A stretch of DNA of 62,658 nt, counting the filler, from Xylographa opegraphella (Eukaryota), in assembly GCA_022813865.1 (NCBI GenBank). It is 2 parts of 2 records of this genome, joined end to end, with 100 filler letters (N's around TTAATTAATTAA, not from the genome) between each part and the next. Parts side by side here need not be neighbours in the genome. Positions count along the whole stretch, not along the records: positions 31,694 to 62,658 come from JALDZX010000118.1; 1 more part is not named here. One strand, 5' to 3'. Of this stretch, positions 49,830 through 62,658 are shown one piece after another. The stretch's first letter is position 1; every line of letters starts with the position of its first letter. The position numbers were made by a program, and so were the translations under genes. Below the pieces are notes generated by a model, which saw only the letters and a list, made by a program, of their open reading frames with translations, had not been told where the DNA came from and ran no database searches.

Positions 49830-52800
49830 TATCACGGGTTCTGAGTTCTGAATTTTAACCTGATTTATGCTTCCCTTCTTTTACTCTGTTTGCATATTTT
49901 AGCGAGCCATTATATAATTAAACCTTTATTTCATAGTTATAATTCAGCTTTTTATATTACTATATAATTAAAAATCTTGTAATCAGGCGTTTACCTCATA
50001 ATTAGTAATACTGGCGGTATTATTTATCAGAAATAGCTCGTTTATTTTACTAATTAAAAAATCAGCTCTTTAACGAGTTATTGTTTTATAAATCAAATCT
50101 AATACCATTTCGCAAAAAAATCTTTAATTATTCTTTAATTTTTTTTTATGAATTAAAAATACTTTTTTAAATTAATATATTTGTCATTTCCTGAATCGTG
50201 TGGTCAAATCTTGTTTTTTGCATCTTCATAAATGACGTGATCTTTTATTTTTTTCGAAAAAAAACCCTTAATCTGCATTACTAAAAATATTTCTAGTAAA
50301 ACCTTTTACATACATTGTGGCTTTTTTTATCGAAAATGCTGTAATAATTCGAGCCTGCTTTTAATTCAAAACTTTTATCGAAATCGATTATTAATCCGTT
50401 TAATATATTCCTTTATTTCTTAAAAACTTCGTTAAATAAATCACGATTAATAACGTTAAATTTAATAACTTTTGATTTAATCGTTTTAGATCAATTAATT
50501 ATATTGGTTTATCTTGAATAATACGAACAAGATTCTCAGAAACTTTAATTTAAAATATATTCGTAAATAACTCGATTTTAATTAAATTAAATATTTTAAA
50601 AGTACTTTTAATAATTTAATTATCTTAACGTATTGTAATTTATTTTACAAGTTTTTTTACGACATCGATACGTTTTAGAAACGCGAAATAAAAATTTACA
50701 TTTAGTATATCAAAGATATTAATAAATATTAAAATACATTTATCATTTTATTCGATATTACAATACTTTTTAAAATATCGAACGTTAAAATTATAAATTT
50801 ATTTTTTACATCGAAATACTTCGATATTTAATCGATTACATTTATAAATAAAGCTTTAATTCATATATCAAAAAAATACTGGCTTACTGTAATAAAAATA
50901 ATATATTTAATTTAAGCTATTAAGAAAATTTGAAAAATATATTAAAAATCGTAGAAAAATCAGCCGCGATAAAATATATTGATTAATTTACGATTATTAT
51001 TATCACGATCCAATTTAATTTATTAATTATAAATATTGAAAATTTTAATTTACGGTTCGTTAAAGCTTTAGAATTTTTTTAAAGATTTAAATTTATCGTT
51101 AAATATAAACTCGATCGATTTTATATCGTATTAAACGCTATTTTTATATTGAACAGCGATAATACGCGCGCAACGACTACTGTGACGGCTATAACATCAG
51201 TCACAGGTAACAGGGGTCGGGCTGGATCAGGACTAGCACCTTTAGTATATAGTCTCGCCCATGGAGCAGCCTCACCGCTTCTNNNNNNNNNNNNNGGTTG
51301 AAATCGTCCACCTAAAGCTTACGTTCTAGGCGTGCTTGCGTGGTGAGTTGATGAGCCGTAACAACTACGATAGCTTTTATAATAAGTTTAATTATTTATA
51401 TAATTATTAAGTGATTATAATAAAAATATTATTTAATCTTAAAATTAAAAAAATTATTAAATACGAAAACGATACCCGTAAACGTAAAATTGTTAAAAAA
51501 TTCGTAAAAACGGTATTTTTAATAAGTACGCGGCATTTTTATTATATAAAAAAATAACGAGCATTTTTATTTAATAAATTTTAAAAATAGTCGAAAAATA
51601 CTGTATATTTTATATAATTTAATAAAAAACGTATTATACATAGCGCACGACCTGTACGATTATATTAAATATTATTATATTTATAAAACTTATAATTTTT
51701 TTTATATATTTACCAGCTCGAATATTATTTTGAAATATACATTAAAAATTGCTAAGCTTACCTTAGAAATAAAATTAAACGATATAAATTTTAAAAAAAA
51801 GTTATTTAATTTTAACGCCCGATATATTTTATTACTGTGTAATAATAATTTTTATTTTTATTTTATTAAAGTTATAATAGGAATACGACTGCTGCCTTAT
51901 GGCAATATATAAATTTAGTAAGAAATTAATATAATCTTAACAGAAAATATTTATACGATGAAAAATTTAGGCTAAAATTTTTTTAATATATTTTTAAATC
52001 GCCGAATAATTTATTTTAAAAGTTATAATTTTAAATAAAAATAAAAAGTTTTTATCGAAGCTGTAGAAAAAGCTCTTTCGAATTTTAAAAGTAAAATTAT
52101 TATATTTTATCGTATATTACTTTTAAATCGACAATTAATTGACGAAAATTAATTAAACTGTCGAAATAACTCTGCAATATATAATCGTAAAATTAAAAAT
52201 ACTTAAGAATTAATCGAATCTTTTCCTAATTTTATAAATAACGCTTGATAATTCAATAGGTTAAATTACTGCGAAATTCGCCAATAAAATTACGCGAGGG
52301 ATACGTCTAAATGAAGGGTTCATATATTAAATTAAGCGAATTTCTTAATAAATTTCGACGATAAAGAAATGGCGTACAGCTTTTAGCGATATAGAATAAA
52401 AATTAAAAAATAATAACTTTTGCGAATATATTAATAAAAAATATCACGACAGAAAATATACGGCGATTTTTATTATTTTAGCGATTACGCGATAATTCGT
52501 TAATATAAAAGATACGATATTTTTATCGTTTTTGATAAAAGAAAATTCTTAATATACAAAACCTTTAAAAGTTTTTAAAAAAGTAAAATAATTAATATAT
52601 GAATTCAAGTTTTTTATAAATTTAAAAATTTATTTAGTTTTTATAATCGTACAGTTTAATTTTATATCAAATTTAAAGTTCGATATTTATTACAAATATA
52701 TTCCCAATAAGTGTGTAGCGATAGATATTAACGATTACCAAATTAAATTCTTTGAGTTAGATTAATTATTAAATAAATAAGAAAGGGTACTTCGTAGAAA

Positions 52801-53265
52801 GTTTATCCTGGAATATTTAATTAAATAAAAGAAATACGAGACAGAATATAATAAATAGCTTAAAAAAAGGATCTGAACGAGACGCGAAAATTTATTAACG
52901 ATTATAATAAAGCTATAAAAAAGTATATGCCCGATACGCCTGGTCAAAAACTTTTGAAATTAATGAAAAAAATACTAACGTATTAATGTTAGCGAAAAAA
53001 ATATCGTTCAAAAAATATAATATAAACGTATTTATATTTGTATACAAATTCTGTCCAGCGTAAACGCTGAATTTCTTTTAACTAAAGGGATTGATTTATC
53101 ACGAGTTTTGAGTTCTAAATCTTAATCTGATTTGTGTTTTTTTTTGCTTTATTTGTATATTTTAGCGAGTTACTGTATAGCTGAACCTTTATGTTATAAT
53201 TATATTTCAGTTTTTTTATATTACTACAATGATTACAAATCTTGTAATCAGGCGCTTATTTCATA
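49830..53265 (+). mobile_element. Internally deleted RIP-degenerate Ty3/Gypsy retrotransposon (element F)
   Basis: LTRs at 49830-50000 and 53097-53265 (~170 bp). TSD ATCAA/ATTAA. RNase H relic KKYWLT...*AIKKI (~50870-50930), FIVKYKLDRFYIVLNAI (~51090-51142) and integrase relic VLYIAHDL (~51631-51654). The RT core appears to be missing. Confidence 0.82.
51181..51363. mobile_element. Young un-RIPed LTR insertion (solo LTR or collapsed full element) inside element F
   Basis: TGTGACGGCT...AGCCGTAACA inverted termini, perfect 5-bp TSD ACTAC (51176-51180 and 51364-51368), GC-balanced, with an internal N gap. Confidence 0.88.
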
Positions 53266-53410
53266 ATTAATTTTAATTTTAGTATCGCGAAAATATATAT
53301 AAATATTTTTATAATAATTAAAAACAATCGAGATTGAAATTTTGTAAAAAACAATCGAGATTGAAATTTTGTAAAAAAAAATCGATTAAAATTTTATATT
53401 AAATTTAAAA

Positions 53411-53645
53411 TGTAACAAGGACTGCTCAAAGCGGGTAATTATGAACAATAAAGAATGATAATTTACAGAACCGAAAACTTTGTTTATATATATATAAAAA
53501 AATCAATTAAACAGAAAACTTTTATTAATTATATATAGCAAAAGCTAAATAAATAATCAAGGTAATTTCAGCCAAAATCTGCACTTTGTAGTTATAACAG
53601 AAATTTACGATCTGTAATTATAATATACGATTTGTAGTTACAGCA
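53411..53645 (-). mobile_element. Isolated LTR of the element C family
   Basis: TGTAACAAG...CAGCA aligns along its length with 17893-18165. The flanks do not form a TSD. Confidence 0.75.
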
Positions 53646-55499
53646 GATACTCGATATAAAAATAAAAAATATTCGCCTCGAAAGCGTTATAAATATAAAA
53701 CGCAATAAAGAAATATTTTAAAATAATATTAATTTTATATTTTTCATTGCCTTTTTTTAAATTATTTATTAAATTTTTCGCGTTGTTAAATTTTTTAACG
53801 TTCTATTAATCATCGTATTTCGACTCGTGTTTTAATTAACTTATAAAATATTTTTAATCTTTTAATTTTTCGACGTTTTAAAAATCGATCGATTTTATAT
53901 TCTAGTTAATCTTTAAATAATATAAATAATTATTTTCAATTCTCGTTTTTTTATATAAATTTTATTACAACAATATTATCGATTTCACGTAATCGACTAA
54001 AATTATAAAATATATTCGTATATTTTTTAAAAGTTTTAATCTATACGCCAAATAATCGATATATTTAAAGTTTATGTTGCTCAATACTTGGTAGGTTTTA
54101 TTTTTTATATATTTTGAAATTTACTATATTTTTAAAAAAAATTAATTTATGTTTTAAATCGTAATAAATTTATATTTTATAAATATAAACGCAGTTGCGT
54201 TTTTCCTATCGATATTAAATAAATCAATATTTATCGACGTTCGTTATACGTAAGTTATAAATATTATTAAATAGAATATTCGTAGTATTATAATAACGTT
54301 CTTTATCGTAATTAAATAAACAAATATAAATAATTTAATTAATATTATATATTTAATTTTTAATTTTTATCGATTTTTTATTTTCGAATTTTAGTTTTAT
54401 TATTACGTGTTTAACACAGAACGCTGGCATCTGCGTACGTTTAACAATATTTGGCAACTGTTTAATAATTTAGCCCTGTTATATAGTGGCCTTCAAGTTT
54501 TGATAATAAAGTATTTTTTACATTTCATATACTTAATATGATTGTAATAATATAATAATACTATTTTAGTATTAATTTTAAAGTACCGGAATTCTCCGCG
54601 GAACAGCGAGACTTTGAATTATTAAACTTAGCCCTTCAATCACAGTTTATTTATATAATAATTTAATATTTTGTTAACAATTTAAGATTTTAATTAAACT
54701 CGTTAAATACTTTTTTCGTATTAAATATTAATAGTAAAAATTATTGGCTAGTATAAATTTTATTAATTTACTAAAAAAAATTATAAAATAGAATACGAGG
54801 CTACGTTTATTACCTCGTTATTTAATATATTTTTTAAATTTACAATTTAATAAACTATTGTTTTTAAAAAAAATTAATTTTTCTTTTAAGAAATCGCTTT
54901 TTTGTAGAGATTGTTTAAAACATGATTTAATTTTTTTTAATTTAATTTTTTTCTATGTATTTACGATGTTTAAGTTTTTAATCAGGTTTGGTGCCAAATT
55001 AGGTTATACTGGCTTTACGGGAATTGATATAATAAATTTAAAGTTGATTTAATAATTAAAAATATTTTTTAAATATAAATTACGTATATATTAATTTACT
55101 TTTTAAGGAAGTTTAAGCCAGGATTTACGATAAAATTAAAAAATATTTTTAAATAATATAAATTTTTATCAATATTCAAATTCGTTAAATAAAATAAAGT
55201 TAATAAATCGAACATAATCCCGACTAAGTTGAAAATAATTTTTTGTAAAAGATTAAATGGTTTAATTAATAATTACTGAATTTAACGTTATTATTTAATT
55301 TTAATATTTTGAAGCGATTTAGTATTTTTAATCGATTTGTTATTTTCGAACGATAATTCGAATTTTTTATTAAAATACGTTATATAAAGAAAACGGCAAT
55401 TAATAATTAAATTATTAAAATATTTAAATTCTCGATTTTTTTTGGAAAATAGGAATTCAACAGTCTTTTTTAAATATACTATAAACTTTAATATTATTT

Positions 55500-58400
55500 T
55501 GAAAATTTTACCTCTTTCGTAAATCTCTAGTTTGAAATATTAAATATTTTATTAAAAATAATTGATGTAAATTATTTTTAATATTATAATTGAAATTCTT
55601 TAATATAACCTTATTAAATAATATACGATATAGATTTACAAAAGTACGATATTTATTTTTATTTTTATAATTATAAATTATTATATAAAATCTAAAAATA
55701 TTGATTATTTAAATTTAAATATCGAAGGTATTAATGCAATTATAAATATAGAAATATATATATACTATAAAAACATAAATAAATTTACAAACAAATTCAC
55801 GAGTATGGCAAACTTTAAAGAAAAAACAATAATTTAAAATATACTTTTATTATATTTTAAAAAAGTAGTTTATATATAATATTTATTGGTATTAAACGTA
55901 ATAGGAAAGAATCTACTAAAAGATATTGCGTTATATAAAATTAATATATTAATAATTGAACGATTTAAAAAACGAAGGGCGATAATATTATCGATATTAT
56001 AATTAAAATTCTACGGGTATTATAACGCGCGTAAATTTATATCGGTTTAAATATATATATAGAAAATGTTTCATTATACACGAGCGGTAAAAATAATTCT
56101 AATATATAATTAATTTATATATATAGAAAACGAGCTTAATTTATAATTTTAAATATTAATTAGCGAACTTTCGCTCGATATTATAATAAGCGAAATTTCA
56201 ATCATTTTAAACGCGAAAGCGAATACTTTTTATTGAATAACGTTTTAAGAAACGATTTAAAATATGATTAATATAATCGTTTTAAGTTTTAGTTTTAATT
56301 ATAATTTTCGTTTTTTTTAAAAATGCCGGCTACAAACGTAATCGTAATTTGGATCGAAATATTGATTTTTTTAATAAATAAAATTAAATATTAATAAATA
56401 GTAAAGTATTTTATAAGCAAGGGAATCATTATAAATTATTTAAATAAAAATTGATAAATCGATAATAAATCGAATCGGGTTTAAAAAAGATTAAACCTTA
56501 AGAAAATAAGCTGCTTATTATAAAATCGAAATTTAAAAAAATATTAATAACATTAACGAGCTTTATTAATAAAATAAAATAACGATAAAATTTCTAAAAA
56601 AATCAAACGATAAAATATTTTTAGCTAGTTTTATTAAATTTCTATTTGATAAACTAGGAAACTCGACAATTAAATATAAAAACCATTGAAAAATATTTAT
56701 ATTTAATAATAAGCTGTACGCGTATATTAAAAACGGTTTTTATTATCAAATTAATAAATAAATAAAATTAAAATATTAATAAATATGGGGGCTTGCTGTC
56801 AAATTCATTTAAAACGCGGCGGTATATTCTGCAATAATTAAATTAAAGATTAAACTGCTTTTAAACAATGTTAAATTTATCGATTAAAAATTATTATATT
56901 TAAAATCGATGTAAGTAAAAATAAAAGTATAAATTTCGAACTTCGAGATTATTCTAATATTATCCCTAACATTAAACTAATTAAAAATTAATTAACGAAA
57001 AAAGTATATTTTAATGTAAAATATATTTTCATTATTAGCGAATAAAATATTAAAGTTTATATAACGCTTTTGTGTAATTATTAGAATTATAACGACGCCG
57101 ATAATAATAATAAATATTAAAGTCGAAAAACACGATATTAAAAATTATATAATTTTATTAATTTATTTATTAAAAACGTATCAGAAAAAGCTTATCATAT
57201 TTATTCAACGCGAGATTAATTTAATAAATAATTTACGAGCGAAAATATTAATAAATATAAATATTATAGACTTTAAAAATATTAGTATTAGTGTTTTAAA
57301 GCAAATTATTTATAATAATTTCTACGATATAAAACGTCTTCTTTAAAATCGCGAAATTAAAATTCTAATTAATTAAATAATATATATATTAATTTAGAAA
57401 AACGATTTTTTAATATTATTTTATTAATTAATATTTCTATTTATTTATTATACAGATATATTACTAAATAAAGATTTTTATTTAAATTAAAATTAACGTA
57501 TTTCGAACTTTCATTCTACGAATATATAATTAATGCCTCGATATTATATATTATAACGAAAAACAATTTTAAGCGTTTTTTTAAAATATTAAATAATTTC
57601 GACTAAAATATATAACGGAAACAAACTACGAGAATTATTATTAAATTATTGAAAAATTAACAACTATTTTCGAATTCGCTTTTAAAACGATACGAAGATT
57701 AAAATGATTAAGAAAATAATTATTAAAATTACAGTATTATTTATCGCGGCGTAATTTATAAATAAATTAATATTTTTATAATTATTATATTTAATAATGT
57801 ATTAATAAACGCTTTTTCCTAAAAAAACAAGCTTAAAATTTATAATAAATTCAATCGCTTTTATTATTAAAATAGGTTTAGTTAACGACCTTAGAATTTA
57901 AACTTAAAAATAATAATTATTATTTTTGATTTCCATAATTAATTGATAAATTTTTAAACTTATAAATAAATTTTAAATTCGTAAAAATTCTAAAAATTAA
58001 ATATATATATATATATATTTCTTCGATTAAATTAAAAATTTAATTTTTTTTAATTCAATTAAAGTTTCTTTACTAAAAGCCAAAGATAAAATAATAATAA
58101 ATTCAATATTCAATGAATTATACTAATAGAAACGAATAAAATAAATAGATTTTTATATATTATTTAATAATTTAATATTCGTAATGTGGCGATAATTGGC
58201 AAATAAATTAAAATAATAATAAATATATATAGTTTAAATCAATTCGTAATATTTAATGTATATTTCTTATTATAATAAAACGACATTATCGCAGCAGTTT
58301 AAAAATATAGTTATGTAATTATCGTTAATTATTTTTTATTTGTTGTTAATAATTAATCGTTAATATATATAAAATCGTCTGATTATAATAATATATCGTG

Positions 58401-60400
58401 GTTAAAAATTATTTAATATTATAATGATATCAAAATACCGCACTTCGTGAATATATAGATAACGGTAAATAAATATAATATTTTAATTTTTTTTTAAATA
58501 TTTTGTCGCTTATACACGTAAATAACGTGGTGGTATTTTCTAAATTATTATTAAAATATTTCAATTATTTACGATATATTTTCGATAAGTTTAAAGTTAT
58601 AAAAATCTTTTTAAATTATTTAAATATTAAAATATTGAATTAAATAGTAAATTCGTTTAAGCTTGCGACAATTTAAAAGTAATTATTTATTATAATAAAT
58701 TCAATATCGTTTTAAATATATTATTTCGCTTAAAAATTAAAAATACGTTATTTGTAAATAACATCGAGAAAAAATTCAATGCTTTATAAATTATATTACG
58801 ATTTCGCCATTTATTACGAATTTAATATTAAAATATTATATATATTTTTATTAAAGTACGCGTTTATTTGGTCGTTCGTAAAAATATCGAAAATTTTTAA
58901 AAATCGTATTATTAGTAAATATTCGCAAAAATTTGTATATATTAAAATACTAAAATTATTTGTAAAAAACGACAATTTATATTAAAATAAAAAAAATTAA
59001 GTTGTTTCTTATACGCGATTATAAAAATTTAATTTATAAATTCGACGTTTTTATAAAATCGTATACACATAAAAATTAAAGACTTTTTTAAATTTAATAT
59101 TATATTTTCCAAAGCGTATACGGGAATAAGTACTTTAAATATTTACGTTTTTACGAAATTTAAAGCGCGATTTAATGTATTTAAAATTTAAATAAGAATT
59201 TTTAAAAATCTTTTTTATATTATTTATAATATTAAATATTTCAAATTAAAAAATTTAAATCGTACAAAAATCTGCAATTAATTCAATTAATATTAATATT
59301 ATTTTATATTATATTAGTTTTATTAGTTTCATTATGCTCTTTCGATGTTTCGCGCAAGATTTAAGATATTATTTTTAGCGATATATAAATAAATTAAACG
59401 AATGAATTTAATAATTAAAGTTTTTATATTTTTAATTTTATAATAAGCGAAAAGATTACTTAAAGGCTTAAAAAATAAGTAAATAAAGGTCGTTAAAAAG
59501 AATTTGGTAAATCAAGATTTTAAATTTTTAAGAGATTTTTAAAAAATCGTATTTCATTAGTAAAAGGTAAAATTAATATATTTATATTTATTATTTTAAA
59601 ATAAATAAATAAAACGAAAAAATTAATTCAATAATTAAAGTCGCTTTGGCCATATTTATAATTATTAACGCGTTTTTGCAAAACTTTATCGAATAAATCG
59701 ATATCGAGAATACCATTATATATTGATTAAAAATGGAGTCCTTAATATATTCAATAATAAATATTCGATCGAATATTATTTGTCGTTTTAAAAGTTTTTC
59801 AATTCTCGTCAAATTTTAATTAATTTTATTAAAACGCGTTGCGTTAAATTTCCGTTTATATTAAAACAACGTTCAATTTAACAATTATATATTAAACTGA
59901 CCCTTTCGTACAAAAATATGTTAATAACGATTATACCGGCGACGTAAATACCCAACGTTCTATTATTAATTATTTATTCAAAATAGCCGGCAAATCGATT
60001 AATTAAAAAATAATCAAATAAAAAATCATCGCAATTTTTACTTACGAGGTCGAGTATATAACGATTTATAATAAATATAAAGAAAATTTAATTATAAAAA
60101 TTTGATTTTTTATTAAATTACAGCCAAATATTTTTTAAAAATTTTACTATATTTAAACACAATCGAGGGTCGATCGTATTATTATATAATTTAAAACACT
60201 ATGAACGTATTAAATACATCGATATTCGTTATTATTAATTTAAAAAGTAAATTTAACGCGATCGTATTAATTATTAATAAATATTTATCGAAAAAATAAC
60301 GATCGACGAATTTATTAAGCCCTTTATTCTTTTTAAATTTAATAAATTATAAAATCATTAAATTTAGAATATGGATTAAAAAATTCCAACCCGAACGCAA
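55500..60400 (+). mobile_element. RIP-degenerate Ty1/Copia retrotransposon
   Basis: Protease relic ILINMGACCQI (~56773-56805). RNase H KYVNNDYTGDVNTQRSIINYLFKIAG...TYEVEYI (~59913-60060), HYERIKYIDIRYY (~60197-60235) and IDEFIKP (ADGFTKP relic, ~60302-60322). RNase H last indicates Copia order. LTRs not located; boundaries approximate. Confidence 0.8.
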
Positions 60401-61099
60401 AATTTTTCAATAAATTCTTTACCAAAAACTAATTTAATAGATTATTAATTTAGTTTTATCGTATTTGATTTCGAATTTTTCAATATTTTTATAGCTTTAT
60501 CAATTGCGTTATATATTGAATTTCGTAAAAAACGTTGCGATTTGAAAAGATTAAAATTTTTATATATAATAAAACGCACGAAACGGTCGCGTCGTATATA
60601 TTATTTAAATAAAAAAATCGTTTTAAAACTAACTTCGTAGCTATTTAAACATAAAAGAATAAAAAACGTAGTTTTTTTTATAAAAATATTGAAAAATAAA
60701 ATAATTAATGTTTTATTAAAAGCGTTTATTTACTATTCAATAACGAAACGCTATTCGATGACGAAACGCTATTCAATAATAATTTTGTTAATAATCAATC
60801 TCGATATTTATATACAGTAAAAGTATTAAAATAAAAATTTATAAACTCGAATTCTTAAAAAACGGCCTCGAAACGGGCCCTCGAAACCAATGTAGCTATT
60901 TAAAAATAAATCTTATTCAAAAATAAGCGAAAGTTTTACGGGCTTTCTTTGTTTTCTTTATTTTTTTTCGAACCTTCTAAATGTAATTAGCGCAGAATAC
61001 ATTAAGGGCTTCGCCCTGAATACTTTCCACCTTTATTAAAATTAATTTCATATTTTCCAAATTCAACAACCACAAATGAGTCGTAAATATATATTAAAA

Positions 61100-62500
61100 T
61101 AAAATAAATTTTTAAGTTTTTTTAAATATATACGCAGATTTGTATTTAATAAATTTTATTTAAAAATCTTTTACGGTAATAGATGTTAGTTTCTATTTAA
61201 AATGTTAGAATATTAATTATTTTAAAAAATAATCGATAGCGCAGTTTTACTAAATTTATTAAATTATCTTTTTGTAAAAAACGTTTTTCGTTAACTTTCG
61301 CGTTTTAAAATTCGCTAAAATTTAAAATTAATATCTAAAAATAGTAAAAAATTTATGATTTTAGAAATTTAATATTTTAATTTAATTAAAAAAACTTATT
61401 TATAAATAAACGCAATCGTGATAACAAAAATAATATTGAAAATGATATTTAAATATTATAATCTTCAAATTTTTTAAATTACATTATCGTTTTTTATTAA
61501 TACGAGATTTTTAGCCAATAAAAAATAAATTTTATACTTTTTATACCTTTATCAATCCTGGAAAATTAATTTTATTCAATATTTTTGTACCAATATTAAT
61601 CGAGCTTATATCATTGATTATAATTTATGAAATATTATTAATTTCGATGATAAAATATTTAAATAATATGATCGAATTGGGTATATAAATTAAAATAATA
61701 AATAATAAATTTATTGCAACGAAAATAATAATATTATAAAAAATATAAAAATAAAATTTTAGCAAATATTTACGCATGTTTATTACAGGAAACTTGACGT
61801 ATCTTTGATAATATAAATATTTTGTAAATAAAAAATAATTATCAGCGTATCTATAATAAATTTGATATTTAATCTTTAAACTTATAGAATTAAAATTCGA
61901 TCGATAATTTTTCAATTTTTAATAATCAATAATATTAATCTTTATTTCGTATAAATACTACGCGGGGTGATTATAAAATTAAAAGATTATTTCAATTATT
62001 TAAACTATTTAATTTTATTATTAAAATGTAATTGAAACCTTGTTTATATATAATTTCAATTTTATGATAATTTAAAATTAGAAATTTAACAATCAAGTGA
62101 TATATATTAAATAAATTATATAGATCGAATAAAATATATATATTAAATAAGCTATACGTTTATATATATATAATTTTTTTCATAGCGAAAGTCTGCTCGA
62201 GAATTTAAGTTTTTTAAAAAACAGTTTATTTAATTTACTTAATTTATTTAGTTTATTTGATTTATTTGATTTAACGATTAATTTAGCTATTTCGCTCGTT
62301 TAATTAATTCAATTAATTCAATTCTTAATACAACAGATTTATTTATTAATTAATTAAATCGCATTTAATATAAAATAAATAAAATCTGTATATTAAATAA
62401 AAATTTCGTGAATTTATATAAAGATTTTATTATATTTTTTATAACAATTGCCTTTATGATTCGCTTAAACGAAGTTTTCGACGAACGAAATAACGTTAAA
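61100..62500 (-). mobile_element. Probable Tad1-like LINE fragment (APE endonuclease relic)
   Basis: Minus-strand relics NHPA* (HHP.W, ~61958-61972), IIDRIL (TIDL, ~61890-61908) and ADNYF (SDH.P-like, ~61833-61847) occur in the expected order but are heavily mutated and frameshifted. Confidence 0.4.
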
Positions 62501-62598
62501 AATGATTTTAATTTCAACTTTTATTACCGTAAAAACGATATTCATATTAAAGCGTAAAATTTAATTTAAAAATCGTTATTTATTATTGCTAAGTTTAT

Positions 62599-62658
62599 TG
62601 TTACAGCTCGCTATCTCACCAGAAAAGCAGGCCTAGAACCACAGCTATAGGTGAGCGA
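62599..62658. mobile_element. End of a young un-RIPed LTR, truncated by window end
   Basis: TGTTACAGCTCGCTATCTCACC..., nearly identical to 48446-48505. Confidence 0.8.

Noticed and set aside
51730..61915. Short ORFs in the right AT-rich block
   Set aside because: Same: fragments within degenerate Gypsy, Copia or LINE sequence.

Overview
Filamentous-ascomycete (Pezizomycotina-type) DNA with two sharply separated compartments. A ~15 kb GC-balanced island (~32.3-47.3 kb) carries six intron-containing conserved genes: MAD1, a single-pass SH3 membrane protein (Fus1-like), SYP1, a Csk1/Cak1-like kinase, a DUF3445 protein and ALG9. Two intact MITEs sit in intergenic/promoter DNA of the island. Both flanks (1-31.6 kb and 47.3-62.7 kb) are extremely AT-rich nests of RIP-destroyed transposons: about six Ty3/Gypsy relics, one Ty1/Copia, a probable Tad1-like LINE and a hAT-like relic. 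A few young, unmutated LTR ends lie at assembly gaps. The 100-bp gap at 31594-31693 contains an artificial TTAATTAATTAA linker, so adjacency of the left and right parts is not proven. I found no clearly new multi-gene system. The best leads are a ~120-bp hairpin-bearing direct repeat bracketing the gene island, a MITE with a 10-bp target-site duplication (TSD) in the MAD1 promoter, a CpG-sparing hypermutation signature, an LTR family escaping RIP, and two possible N-termini for the kinase. All gene models and alignments were made by eye.
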